From contig CAZJAH010000001.1 in assembly GCA_964544155.1 (NCBI GenBank), forward strand, positions 23,304-87,303: a stretch of DNA of 64,000 nucleotides. Direction: 5' to 3'. Numbering within the stretch: the first letter of the stretch is position 1; each line of letters starts with the position of its first letter. Under the pieces are notes generated by a model. It had not been told where the DNA came from and did no database searches. It was given only the letters and a program-made list of their open reading frames with translations. This stretch comes from an uncultured Hyphomicrobiales bacterium. Its GTDB lineage: Bacteria; Bacteroidota; Ignavibacteria; Kapaibacteriales; UBA2268. Below are positions 38,517 through 48,707 of the stretch, one piece after another. The position numbers and the translations under genes are program-made.

Positions 38517-39929
38517 ATGAGTTTTCTCTGGGATATTTTTTATTTCGTAATAATAATCGGAATTCTTGTACTCATACATGAATTCGGACATTTTATAGCT
38601 GCCCGTCTGACGGGTATGCGCGCCGATGTTTTTTCCATAGGTATGGGAATGAGGCTTTTCGGCTATAATAAACAAACAGGATTCAGCTTTGGCAAACTCG
38701 AAAAAGCCTTTAAGAAAAAAGGTTTGTTAAAAGAAGGCCAAACCGGCGATGATATTGATATGGAAGGCCAGACTGATTACAGAATATCACTTTTTCCAAT
38801 CGGAGGCTACGTCAAGATTGCCGGTATGGTCGATGAAAGCATGGACACCGGCTATAATGAAAATGAGCCCAAACCATGGGAGTTCCGCTCGAAAAAAACC
38901 TGGCAGAAAGCCATTGTTCTAAGTGCCGGTGTGATAATGAATGTCGTGCTTGCCATAGGCATTTTTGCGGGTATTTTTTATTTCCAGGGCAAATCGATGT
39001 ATGCCACCACCGAAATAGGTTACGTTAAGGAGGATTCCTTTGGTGAATACATCGGACTTAAAGAAGGAGATAAAGTCTTATCGGTCAATAATAATGAAGT
39101 TTCGGACTGGCAGGACTTTATCCAAAGCGTTACCCTCAGGGATTTAGGAGGGGAAAGAAGTATTTCCATTCTTCGATCCGGCGAGACAAAAACATTGGAG
39201 GTAAGCGGCGACGAGGTCGTTAAACGTATCGCGAATAATCCGGATTTCGGGATTGAGCCGGCTCAAATGAAAACCTATGTCATGGCGGCCATTAACGCAA
39301 AGCCTGCCGCTGAAGCCGGTATAAAAAGCGGAGATACAGTTCTGACCATGAACGGCGAGCCAGTAAATTCAGTCAGTGAATTCATTGATATAGTCCACAA
39401 TAATAAATCAAAACCTGTAAATATCAGCGTAGGACGTGACGGCGAAATTTTTGAAACCGTTGTCACACCCTCAGAGGAGGGAAAAGTGGGCGTGCAGGTA
39501 TCCAATATCTATACCGGTAAGGTCAATAAAGTAGAATTCGGCATTTTCGAATCCTTAGGCCTTGGAGTTAACCAGACAGTAGAAACTGTTGACCTTTTCA
39601 TCAGCTCAATAGGCCAGATATTCAAAGGCAATATAGCATTTAAGGAATCTGTCGGCGGGCCGATAATGATAGCCAAGCAGGCATCGCAACATGCCGAAAG
39701 AGGTCTGATTAGTTTTTTGAGCTTTATGGCCCTGCTTTCAATTTCGCTGGCAATAATAAACATACTCCCCTTCCCTGCCCTTGACGGCGGGCATCTGGTG
39801 TTTACAGTTGTTGAAGGCGTGATGGGGAAAGAAGTTCCTCTAAAAATAAAAATGGCAATACAGCAGACCGGTATAGTGGTACTGCTATTATTTATGGCAT
39901 TTGTAATTTATAATGATATAGTAAGATAA
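38517..39929 (+). CDS. rseP: RIP metalloprotease RseP (site-2 protease, M50 family)
   Basis: HEFGHF zinc motif in TM1. Two PDZ-like regions. C-terminal LDGGH motif. It starts 2 bp after dxr. Confidence 0.85.
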   Translation: MSFLWDIFYFVIIIGILVLIHEFGHFIAARLTGMRADVFSIGMGMRLFGYNKQTGFSFGKLEKAFKKKGLLKEGQTGDDIDMEGQTDYRISLFPIGGYVKIAGMVDESMDTGYNENEPKPWEFRSKKTWQKAIVLSAGVIMNVVLAIGIFAGIFYFQGKSMYATTEIGYVKEDSFGEYIGLKEGDKVLSVNNNEVSDWQDFIQSVTLRDLGGERSISILRSGETKTLEVSGDEVVKRIANNPDFGIEPAQMKTYVMAAINAKPAAEAGIKSGDTVLTMNGEPVNSVSEFIDIVHNNKSKPVNISVGRDGEIFETVVTPSEEGKVGVQVSNIYTGKVNKVEFGIFESLGLGVNQTVETVDLFISSIGQIFKGNIAFKESVGGPIMIAKQASQHAERGLISFLSFMALLSISLAIINILPFPALDGGHLVFTVVEGVMGKEVPLKIKMAIQQTGIVVLLLFMAFVIYNDIVR

Positions 39930-39931
39930 CC

Positions 39932-40756
39932 ATGCACAACCAGTATAATCAGAACAATAATTCAGAACAGGAAAGGCCATATATATTGGTAACCAATGAT
40001 GACGGCATTGATTCCCCCGGCATAAACGCCCTTGTGCACTCAATGCAGAAACTGGGAGATGTTGTTGTAGTAGCCCCTGACAGGCAGCAGAGCGCCGTAG
40101 GGCACGCGCTGACAGTCGCAAAACCATTAAGAATTACTCCGTTTCACAGGAACGGTGAAATGTTCGGTTACGCTATCGACGGCACGCCAGCGGACTGCGT
40201 AAAGCTGGCACTATCATCTATACTTGACCGCCGGCCTGATATAGTTGTTTCCGGGATTAACCACGGACAAAATACTTCTATCAATATACTTTATTCGGGA
40301 ACGGTATCAGCCGCTACCGAGGGTATGCTATTAGGAATTCCATCAATGGCCATATCCCTTGCGAGCCATGATCTGAATGCTGATATGAGCTCCGCTGCAA
40401 AATACTCTGAAATTATGGCAAAGAAATTGCTTGCTATGGAAATTCCGGAAGGTACTTTGCTGAACGTTAATATCCCTGCCATAGCTGACGATAAGATTAA
40501 GGGAATTAAATTTACACGGCAGAGCGGATCAATATGGAAAGATTCTTATGAGAAAAGAATAGACCCATTTTCGAGGGAGTACTATTGGTTTGCCGGTGAA
40601 TATAAAGTATTCGAAGAAGGCCCTGAATTCGATGATACCGCTGTAATTAAAGGCTTTGTTTCTGTGACGCCCATACAGTACAGATTAACGAACATGGAAT
40701 TCCTGGAGACATTAAGCTCAATTGAGGACGAAGATGTCAAAATTGATAGACATTAA
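39932..40756 (+). CDS. surE: 5'/3'-nucleotidase SurE
   Basis: ILVTNDDGIDSPGINAL N-terminal metal-binding motif and the GINHGQN motif. Length about 260-274 aa. Confidence 0.85.
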   Translation: MHNQYNQNNNSEQERPYILVTNDDGIDSPGINALVHSMQKLGDVVVVAPDRQQSAVGHALTVAKPLRITPFHRNGEMFGYAIDGTPADCVKLALSSILDRRPDIVVSGINHGQNTSINILYSGTVSAATEGMLLGIPSMAISLASHDLNADMSSAAKYSEIMAKKLLAMEIPEGTLLNVNIPAIADDKIKGIKFTRQSGSIWKDSYEKRIDPFSREYYWFAGEYKVFEEGPEFDDTAVIKGFVSVTPIQYRLTNMEFLETLSSIEDEDVKIDRH

Positions 40757-41066
40757 AAATGTGGAAGACGGAATGATACTTGCCGAACCCGTAGTGAATA
40801 ACTTCGGGCAGACACTGCTTTCACCCGGTACAGAGCTGCTTTCATCTCATATCCGGATCCTAAAAACCTGGAATATAATCAGCATACGAGTAAAAGGAGA
40901 TAAGGACGAAGAGGAAACATACATATCCCCCGCCCTGCTTAAAATCGCGGAGGAGAATATAACTAAAAGGATGAAGTGGCGCCCAAGAACCGAAATAGAA
41001 AAAAACTTGTTTAGAATGGGGATTATGAGTACGGCAATTTTGTTATCAAAATCCGGAGACAGGTGA
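40722..41066 (+). CDS. Small DUF3391-like protein (HD-GYP N-terminal-type domain) encoded as a separate ORF upstream of the HDOD protein
   Basis: KLIDIKNVEDGMILAEPVVNNFGQTLLSPGTELLSSHIRILKTWNI matches the pattern of the domain usually found N-terminal to HD-GYP/HD proteins. The start is uncertain; M6 at 40737 is possible. It overlaps the surE end and ends 1 bp before the HDOD gene. Confidence 0.35.
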   Translation: MRTKMSKLIDIKNVEDGMILAEPVVNNFGQTLLSPGTELLSSHIRILKTWNIISIRVKGDKDEEETYISPALLKIAEENITKRMKWRPRTEIEKNLFRMGIMSTAILLSKSGDR

Positions 41067-41067
41067 T

Positions 41068-41910
41068 TTGGATCCTTTTGATAAAGTAATACACAGTATA
41101 CGCGAATTTCCGACATTACCGACAGTTTATACCAAACTGTCGGATATAATCGCTAATCCCCGATCCACGGCAAATGATGTAGCTAGTCTTATCTCCCAGG
41201 ATCAGGCAGCTGCTTCAAAGATACTCAGAGCAGCCAATTCTTCAATTTACGGCTTCAGAGGAAGAATTAATACAATCAGCCAGGCAGTTATTTACATTGG
41301 CTTCGATGAAGTGAAGAACCTGATAATCGCAATGTCAATAATTAATCTTTTTAAAAAATTCAAGCATACTCAGGATTTCAATCCCATAGACCTTTGGAGA
41401 CATTCAATCGGCGTTGGAGTTATTACCAGATACTTAGGCAGGTCTATCGGCATAAAAAACATCGAAAATTACTTCGTTGCCGGCATTCTTCATGATATCG
41501 GAAAGCTTGTTTTTTTAAAAAGTATTCCTGAGCAGTATCTTAAAGTCATTAATTATGCTCTTGAAAACAATATTTCTGCTAAAGACGCCGAATCTGAAAT
41601 TTTAGGCATAACCCATACCATTGTAGGCGATCTACTTGCTGAACGGTGGAAGCTCCCGATATCCATCAAAGACAGCATAAGATATCATAATACAGGACGT
41701 GTCGAAGGTAAATTAAGCCTGATCGTATCCTGTGTGCATATAGCTAACGTTGCTGCCAGTATCGCAGGTTTCGGCCAGGCGGGAGATGATGTAATACCCG
41801 AACCAAATCCGGAAGTATGGGATGCTTTAAACCTCCCGGAAAATTTCTTTACAAAATCGATGAAAGATATATTGAACGATTATGAAGAATCGGTACAGTT
41901 ATTGCTTTAA
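41068..41910 (+). CDS. HDOD domain signalling protein
   Basis: HD-related output domain signature (ILRAANSSIYGF...; GILHDIGKLVF; HTIVGDLLAERWKLP). Length 280 aa. Confidence 0.75.
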   Translation: MDPFDKVIHSIREFPTLPTVYTKLSDIIANPRSTANDVASLISQDQAAASKILRAANSSIYGFRGRINTISQAVIYIGFDEVKNLIIAMSIINLFKKFKHTQDFNPIDLWRHSIGVGVITRYLGRSIGIKNIENYFVAGILHDIGKLVFLKSIPEQYLKVINYALENNISAKDAESEILGITHTIVGDLLAERWKLPISIKDSIRYHNTGRVEGKLSLIVSCVHIANVAASIAGFGQAGDDVIPEPNPEVWDALNLPENFFTKSMKDILNDYEESVQLLL

Positions 41911-41948
41911 GTGATTTGAATAAAAGGTTTTAATTATAGTAGGGCTTA

Positions 41949-43709
41949 ATGCGCAAGAAAAATGAAATAGAAGCAGTACTTGACATTGATGAGAACTGGA
42001 AGCATTTTCTCGATAGTATTCAGTTGTTTACTCACCAAAGAAAAGCAACAGAGCGGATTTCCGAACTCATCAATCAGGGCCTGTACGTATTTTTGGAACT
42101 TCCCGAAGCCCGGAGCGCGACTCTTTATTTACTGAATGAAGACAGTTTTGATCTTGAATTCAGGGCAATTTTTCCTCCTCACTATAAGGAAGAATCCGAA
42201 CAGGATTTTGAAAATATGCTAAATGCCGGACATATAGGAAAAACTCTTGAATCCGGTTCTGTATCAATACTCAACGAATCTGAAAGCAACAGTATTAATC
42301 ATGTTGCAATACCATTAATTGTTTCCTGGGGAGTAATGGGATTGGTACTTATTAAAATGAATAAGCCCATCCAGGAGCTTCCTCAAATGAATATTTGGCT
42401 GATATCACTGCATAGCAGCCTTTTCGCGAGCTCCCTTGAAAATCACATCTTATTCGGAAATTTAAAGAAAACAAAAGAACTTCTGGCCCAAAAAATAGCT
42501 TTAAAAACCATGGATCTTACCCAAAGCCAGAGAGAACTTAAAGCGATAATAGATTCTATTCAGGCAGGGTTGCTTATTATCGATGCCAATACCGATAAGA
42601 TAATTAAATCAAATCCTGTAGCAACCGAAATGACTGGACACGAAGAAAACTCAATTATCAACCAGGATTATCGCTTATTCCTTGATGAGTATAAAATTGA
42701 TCCGGTTAAAACCGGAGACCTTTCCAAACCTGTTAAATTTGAATCAGTTATACATACTGCCACAGGAGAAAAAATACCCATACTCCGAACTGTGGCTTTA
42801 ACAAATCTCGGGCTTAAAAAATTCAGAATAGAGAGCTTTCTTGATATAACAGATAGAATTAAAGCGGAAAAAGAACTAAAAAAATCGAATGAACTGCTTG
42901 AAATAAGAGTCCAGGAAAAAACCATCGACCTTCACCTGCTTATACACAAACTAAAAGATGAGATTCGTGAAAGGGAAAACGCTCAGAAAGAACTTATTTC
43001 ACTTCTGGAAAGGGAAAAAGAACTGAATGAACTTAAAACCAGATTTGTCAGCATGATCTCACATGAATTTCGCACCCCGCTTACCATCATTAAGTCATCG
43101 GCGCAAATACTTGATAAATTTGGTGTTAACCTCGATTATAAAGAGCAGAAAGACTATCTTGAAAAAATTAAAACAACTGTAGATTACATCACAGATCTTA
43201 TAGAAAATGTTATATTCATAGGTAAGGCCGGCTCTGATAAGCTGGATACCAAACCTATTATTATAGATATCAGAAAATTTGCCGAAAATATCATAAATGA
43301 TATAAGACTTACGCTAAATAAAGAAAGACGGTTCGAAATTAATATATCAGGAGACCTGGAAAAAATCCAGCTCGATGACAGGTTATTAAGACTGATACTT
43401 GTAAACCTGATTTCGAACGCGGTTAAATATTCAAATGACGACAGTACGGTCGAACTGGAAATTATCGGCACAATAGATGAATTAAAATTCCACGTGAAAG
43501 ATCGCGGCATTGGAATTCCCGAAAAAGACCAAAAGAAAATATTCGAAATGTTTTACAGAGCTGAAAATGTCGGTTCAGTCACCGGCACAGGATTGGGCAT
43601 GGCAGTAGTGCTTCAATCGGTACAATTGATGAAGGGCAATATTAATTTGCAGAGCAAAACAAATGAAGGCACAGTTTTTACAATAACTTTACCAAAGCGG
43701 CTAAAATGA
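41949..43709 (+). CDS. Cytoplasmic sensor histidine kinase (GAF-like + PAS + HisKA + HATPase_c)
   Basis: PAS region (IIDSIQAGLLIIDANTDKII...). H-box ISHEFRTPLTII. Also N, G1 and G2 boxes (NLISNAVKYS, DRGIGIP, GTGLGMAV). No TM segments. Confidence 0.8.
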   Translation: MRKKNEIEAVLDIDENWKHFLDSIQLFTHQRKATERISELINQGLYVFLELPEARSATLYLLNEDSFDLEFRAIFPPHYKEESEQDFENMLNAGHIGKTLESGSVSILNESESNSINHVAIPLIVSWGVMGLVLIKMNKPIQELPQMNIWLISLHSSLFASSLENHILFGNLKKTKELLAQKIALKTMDLTQSQRELKAIIDSIQAGLLIIDANTDKIIKSNPVATEMTGHEENSIINQDYRLFLDEYKIDPVKTGDLSKPVKFESVIHTATGEKIPILRTVALTNLGLKKFRIESFLDITDRIKAEKELKKSNELLEIRVQEKTIDLHLLIHKLKDEIRERENAQKELISLLEREKELNELKTRFVSMISHEFRTPLTIIKSSAQILDKFGVNLDYKEQKDYLEKIKTTVDYITDLIENVIFIGKAGSDKLDTKPIIIDIRKFAENIINDIRLTLNKERRFEINISGDLEKIQLDDRLLRLILVNLISNAVKYSNDDSTVELEIIGTIDELKFHVKDRGIGIPEKDQKKIFEMFYRAENVGSVTGTGLGMAVVLQSVQLMKGNINLQSKTNEGTVFTITLPKRLK

Positions 43710-44806
43710 ATAAGAAAATACTAATAGTCGAGGATGAGAAAGATATACGTAAAGATCTGGTTAAAACTCTTCAGCTTTCTAACTATGAAACCGTAGATGC
43801 TGAAGACGGTTTACAGGGCCTTGAATTAGCAAAAGCGCATCATCCGGATCTTATAATATCAGATATCATGATGCCAAAATTTGATGGGTATAAACTTTTG
43901 GAAGAACTTCAAAAAGAACCTAATACCGCGGCTATACCCTTTTTATTCCTTACTGCCAAGTCCACAAAACCGGATATTCGAGAAGGTATAAACCTGGGAG
44001 CTGATTTTTACATAACAAAGCCCTATGATATAGACGAACTTCTCGAAGCAGTAAGAAGCAGGCTTAAGAAAAGCGAAGCAACTGAAAACTTATATAATCA
44101 CAAAATAGAAGAGATCACTTCTAATATACGTCGCTCTCTTCCCCATGAGATCAGAACGCCCTTAAATATTATCTTAGGATTTTCTGAGTTTCTGAGAAAG
44201 AATTATGACAAAACTTCACCGATTGATGCCAAAGAAATGCTAATGAATGTTTATGACAGCGGCAGAAGGCTTCATAAGCTGTTTGAGAACTACCTTTTCT
44301 ATGCTAATCTCGAAATTATTTCAAATAATCAGGAAGAGATAAACAATCTCCGGAATAAAAAGATGATCCTGTCTGAAAATACATTAAAGGACCATCTTCT
44401 ACATACTGCCGGTAATTACGGGCGCTCAGGCGATCTTGAACTTCAAATTCAGGATATCACACTTAATATGTCAGAAGAGTATTTTCTGAAAATGGTAGAG
44501 CACATTTTTGAAAACAGCCTGAAATTTTCAGACAGAGGCACAAAGATCCTAATTAGTTCCAGGCAAAAGGGATCCAGGTATACATTGACAATTACCGATA
44601 ATGGAAGAGGATTATCGGAAAAACAAATCAAAACCATGGGAGCTTACGTTCAATTTGAACGCAAAGTATATGAACAACAGGGTACCGGGCTCGGTATCGC
44701 TATTGTAAAACGAATAGTCAGGATATACAACGGCGAAATGATTTTCGACAGCAAACAAGGCAAATATACATCCGTAAGTTTAATTTTACCCTGTGAAAGA
44801 TCATAA
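43706..44806 (+). CDS. Hybrid response regulator (REC) fused to histidine-kinase core
   Basis: N-terminal REC (ILIVEDEKDIRKDL...LIISDIMMPKFDG...TKPYD), then H-box LPHEIRTPLNIILGFSEF and an HATPase (DNGRGLS...GTGLGIAIV). It overlaps the upstream kinase gene by 4 bp. Confidence 0.75.
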   Translation: MNKKILIVEDEKDIRKDLVKTLQLSNYETVDAEDGLQGLELAKAHHPDLIISDIMMPKFDGYKLLEELQKEPNTAAIPFLFLTAKSTKPDIREGINLGADFYITKPYDIDELLEAVRSRLKKSEATENLYNHKIEEITSNIRRSLPHEIRTPLNIILGFSEFLRKNYDKTSPIDAKEMLMNVYDSGRRLHKLFENYLFYANLEIISNNQEEINNLRNKKMILSENTLKDHLLHTAGNYGRSGDLELQIQDITLNMSEEYFLKMVEHIFENSLKFSDRGTKILISSRQKGSRYTLTITDNGRGLSEKQIKTMGAYVQFERKVYEQQGTGLGIAIVKRIVRIYNGEMIFDSKQGKYTSVSLILPCERS

Positions 44807-44809
44807 TTC

Positions 44810-45817
44810 ATGAACATTCTCTTTATCGGACCGCTTAAGTCATCCTTTGTTAAAAATGACATAGAAATACTTTCAGAAAAACATAGTTTAAGAAAGTATG
44901 ATACATCTATCGGACGAGGCCTTAAGGGCATGATCAATCTTATAAAGATCACCTTACAAACATTTTTTGAAGTATTCCGCAATGATGCCGTATTTTGCTG
45001 GTTTGCCGATTACACTACATTGGTTCCCGTTATAACAGCTAAATTATTAGGAAAGAAATCATACGTAATAGCAGGCGGATTTGATATATTAAATGTCCCT
45101 GAAATTGACAGCGGGGCTATAACCAGAAGAGGTCGTTGGTTCTGCGTAAGTAAAACATTTAAATATACAGATTTGATTTTCCCGGTTTCACAGTTTGCCG
45201 GCAATTCTCTGCATGAATTAACTAACGGTGACCATGCCAATTACACTGTTATTTATAATGGTGTAAAAACCGATAAGTTTATAAATTATAATTCTAAATG
45301 TATTAAGAGAAAATATATAACTACGGTATCACAAGCAGACACATACGTTGATTATCATATGAAGGGTAGTGACAGATTTATAAGGATAGCTTCTAAAATG
45401 CCTCATTTAGATTTTTTGTTACTCGGATTAAGAGGTAGCGCATATGATCTGGCAATAGAAGCTGCTAAAGGAATAAATAATATTGAAATAATAAAAGGTC
45501 CCCTTGATTTATATTCTGAAATCATACCTTATTATTATCGCAGCTATAGTTATGCTCAGCTATCTATAGCGGAATCATTTTGTATGGCTGTTGTTGAATC
45601 AATGGCTTGCGGCTGCATACCGGTAGTTAATAATGGAGGGGCACTGCCTGAGGTAGCTGGTGATGCTGGTTATGTTACAAATAATGATGATGAAATCATT
45701 ATTGCAATTAATAAATCCATTCATGCAACTAATGGACAAAGAGAAAAAGCAATTTCACAGTCCAAAAAGTTTGATATATCCATTAAAAGAAAAATATTAC
45801 TCGAAAAGGTAATCTAA
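44810..45817 (+). CDS. Glycosyltransferase, GT4 (GT-B) family
   Basis: C-terminal EX7E-like motif region ESFCMAVVESMACGCIPVV. N-terminus MNILFIGPL. Length 335 aa. Confidence 0.65.
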   Translation: MNILFIGPLKSSFVKNDIEILSEKHSLRKYDTSIGRGLKGMINLIKITLQTFFEVFRNDAVFCWFADYTTLVPVITAKLLGKKSYVIAGGFDILNVPEIDSGAITRRGRWFCVSKTFKYTDLIFPVSQFAGNSLHELTNGDHANYTVIYNGVKTDKFINYNSKCIKRKYITTVSQADTYVDYHMKGSDRFIRIASKMPHLDFLLLGLRGSAYDLAIEAAKGINNIEIIKGPLDLYSEIIPYYYRSYSYAQLSIAESFCMAVVESMACGCIPVVNNGGALPEVAGDAGYVTNNDDEIIIAINKSIHATNGQREKAISQSKKFDISIKRKILLEKVI

Positions 45818-46624
45818 TTGGAACACATTGAATTCAACATAAATGCCTATAAGAAATTCGCGCCCGAATACTTAAACAGACATCCGGAAATCTATAATGA
45901 TATTGAGCAGAATAGGATTGCAGCTAAAATCTATGTAGCTAAAGAAAGCATCCTAACAGGAAATAATCAACTCAGGGCCATGGATTACGGCTGCGGAGCC
46001 GGTAATTTGACTAACCACCTCTGCGGACTTGGCTTTGAGGTAACTTCAGGAGATGTTTCCGGTGAATTTCTTAAGATCATTAAAATGAATTTTTCTGATA
46101 ATTGTAAGGTGCATACCTTTAAGTTAAATGGAGAAGATCTAAGGGAATTACCGGATGATTCCTTCGACCTAATAGCCACCTACTCTGTTCTCCACCACAT
46201 CCCTGATTATTTAAGGGCTGTTAAGGATATGGCAAGAGTTGTAAAACCGGGTGGAATCCTTTATATCGACCATGAAGCAAGCCCTGAAAAATGGGAGAAC
46301 AATCATTATTACGAATTATTTACCAACCAAACAAAAGAGCCTTTCACGCCTGGTTTATTTCTCAATCTTTTAAAGCCCTCATGGTATGTTCGGAAGTACA
46401 AAAAAATTAAAAACCCCAGATGGCAGGCAGAAGGTGACATACATGTATGGCCGGATGACCATATTGAATGGGATAAGATCGAAGATCTATTAAAGGATAA
46501 TTTTGATTTTATATTAATTGAAGATTACCTTCATTATTCAAGAAATTACCCGCTGGATATTTATAATGAATTTAAAGATAAATGCTCTGACATGCGGGTA
46601 ATGATTTCGCGAAAAAAGAACTAG
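45818..46624 (+). CDS. Class I SAM-dependent methyltransferase
   Basis: Motif I DYGCGAGNLT, post-I acidic residue (SGDVS), motif II/III (FDLIATYSVLHHIPD; VKPGGILYI). It starts immediately after the glycosyltransferase gene. Confidence 0.75.
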   Translation: MEHIEFNINAYKKFAPEYLNRHPEIYNDIEQNRIAAKIYVAKESILTGNNQLRAMDYGCGAGNLTNHLCGLGFEVTSGDVSGEFLKIIKMNFSDNCKVHTFKLNGEDLRELPDDSFDLIATYSVLHHIPDYLRAVKDMARVVKPGGILYIDHEASPEKWENNHYYELFTNQTKEPFTPGLFLNLLKPSWYVRKYKKIKNPRWQAEGDIHVWPDDHIEWDKIEDLLKDNFDFILIEDYLHYSRNYPLDIYNEFKDKCSDMRVMISRKKN

Positions 46625-46625
46625 G

Positions 46626-47960
46626 CTATTTATAAGCTTCCGGAAGTTCATTTCCTGATTCAATAATTGCTTTTTTGATATTAAGGCTTAAAAGCATAAT
46701 AAATCCTACTACGAAGAATACTATCAATGATAGTATCGCTATCCTGTATGATCCCGTGAATTGCAGTGCCAGGCCAAAAATAAACGGCCCCAGCCAGCTT
46801 GTGCCGCGTTCACTTACTTCATAGAGGCTGAAATACTCTGATTCCCTGCCTTCGGGTATTAAAAGCGAATATAGAGATCGGCTGAGCGCCTGTGTACCGC
46901 CCAGAACAAGGCCTATCACAACACCCAGTATTAAAAATCCCGCCTCGCTATATAAAAAGCCGTAAGCAAATATTACAGCGCCCGACCAGATAACTAAACT
47001 TATAAGCAGAGCTTTCTTAGATGTGAATTGTCTGGCTAAATAGTTAAAAAGCAAAGCACCGCCGAATGCCACAAATTGTACTATTAGTATGGTCTGCGTT
47101 AGAGTCGACATTTCCAATCCCAGTTCTTCCTGCCCGAATTGCGCGGATAGAGCTATCACGGCCTGTACTCCGTCATTATAGAAAAGATATGCAGCCAGAA
47201 AGATCAGCGTTTTCGGATAATTCTTAGCGTTTTTTATAGTTCTGCCAAGCTGTGTAAATCCTATTGTGAACAGATTGCGGTTCTCTGGTATCTTCTGTTT
47301 CGCAATTCTTCGTTTCAAAACCATTAATGGGGCAATCGTGAATATTGCCCACCAGGCTCCTGCGCTTGCAAGGCTGATACGCACTGCCATCGATTCACTT
47401 ATGCCAATTTGTTCTGAATTCATAAACAACATGAGATTAAGAAGCAGCAGTATACCCCCGCCAAGATAGCCAATAGCCCACCCTATTGATGAAACCGAGT
47501 CCCTCCTGTCGGGTTCTGCCAGGTCAACAATAAAAGAATTATAAAATACTATAGAAGCGCCGAAGCTCAAATTAGCGATTATAAATAATAGCCCGCCATA
47601 CAGATAAGCCTCACCTTCTAAAAAATAAAGCCCCATTGTAGCAAAAGAGCCTATATAAGCAAAAAGCCCGAGGAAGAGCTTTTTCTGTTTTGTATAGTCC
47701 GCCATAGCGCCTGCCAGGGGTAATATGATTACCTGCAGGAGTACGGATAGTGAAACTATGAATGGAAAATACGAACCGGCAAATATATCGAATCCTAGTA
47801 TGCTAAGATTACCGGACGGACCTGCAGCGTTTTTGGCAATTGACGTGAGGTACGGCCCGATGAAAACGGTTATTACGGTAGTAGGAAAGGCCGAATTTGC
47901 CCAGTCATACAAATACCATGCAATTCTTTCTTTGCGGGTCGATCGCATTATTTTTTCCAA
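46626..47960 (-). CDS. MFS transporter (12 TM)
   Basis: Polytopic 444 aa with two 6-TM halves and an MFS-type loop after TM2 and TM8 (…GAMADYTKQKK…). Convergent with the methyltransferase gene; the stops are 1 bp apart. Confidence 0.7.
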   Translation of the reverse strand: MEKIMRSTRKERIAWYLYDWANSAFPTTVITVFIGPYLTSIAKNAAGPSGNLSILGFDIFAGSYFPFIVSLSVLLQVIILPLAGAMADYTKQKKLFLGLFAYIGSFATMGLYFLEGEAYLYGGLLFIIANLSFGASIVFYNSFIVDLAEPDRRDSVSSIGWAIGYLGGGILLLLNLMLFMNSEQIGISESMAVRISLASAGAWWAIFTIAPLMVLKRRIAKQKIPENRNLFTIGFTQLGRTIKNAKNYPKTLIFLAAYLFYNDGVQAVIALSAQFGQEELGLEMSTLTQTILIVQFVAFGGALLFNYLARQFTSKKALLISLVIWSGAVIFAYGFLYSEAGFLILGVVIGLVLGGTQALSRSLYSLLIPEGRESEYFSLYEVSERGTSWLGPFIFGLALQFTGSYRIAILSLIVFFVVGFIMLLSLNIKKAIIESGNELPEAYK

Positions 47961-48047
47961 TTATATTCCAAAACTGCTAATAAAACGAAAGTAATTGTTA
48001 ATTCGTTCGAATATGTGATATAATATTATGAAATTAACCGAATTTTT

Positions 48048-48707
48048 ATGAATAATTGCGTGCTTTCATGGAGCGGAGGTAAAGATAGTTCACTGGCCGC
48101 TTTTCTCGGCATAAACCGCGATGAGCTTAGTATAGGCAGGCTGGTTGCTACTATTGACGATAAAACCGGCAAAAATAAATTTCAGGGCGTGCCCCAACAC
48201 CTGCTTGAAAAACAAGCGGAATTGATGAATAAGCCAATCGACATTATCAGGCTGCCTGAGAACTGCCCAAATAAGGAATACATCAAGATCATGAAAGATA
48301 TGTATGATAACTACCGCGAAGATGGCTATCAAGCGGTTGTTTATGGAGATATTTATCTGGAAGACATAAAGAAATTCAGAGAAACAAAGATACACATTGA
48401 TTCGATCGGTTCCGCCTATCCACTGTGGGGTATGAGTACGCAATCTTTGGCTGAACTTTTTATCGACGCGGGGTTTAAAGCCGTGATCACGGCAATTGAC
48501 ACAGAACAGCTACCGGAAGATATTCTCGGCAGGCAGTTTGATAAGCAGTTCCTCGATGATCTGCCCCCATCCTGCGATCCCTGCGGGGAAAATGGCGAAT
48601 ACCACAGTTTTGTGTACGATGGGCCGATATTTACAAATCAAGTAAAATATACCACTGGTAAAAAGTATTCTGAGATGAACAGATTTAAGTACATTGAAAT
48701 AAAATGA
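48048..48707 (+). CDS. PP-loop ATP pyrophosphatase, Dph6/MJ0570-like (diphthine-ammonia ligase-related, COG2102)
   Basis: N-terminal PP-loop SWSGGKDS. The EYHSFVYDGP C-terminal motif is typical of the MJ0570 family. Length 219 aa. Confidence 0.75.
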   Translation: MNNCVLSWSGGKDSSLAAFLGINRDELSIGRLVATIDDKTGKNKFQGVPQHLLEKQAELMNKPIDIIRLPENCPNKEYIKIMKDMYDNYREDGYQAVVYGDIYLEDIKKFRETKIHIDSIGSAYPLWGMSTQSLAELFIDAGFKAVITAIDTEQLPEDILGRQFDKQFLDDLPPSCDPCGENGEYHSFVYDGPIFTNQVKYTTGKKYSEMNRFKYIEIK

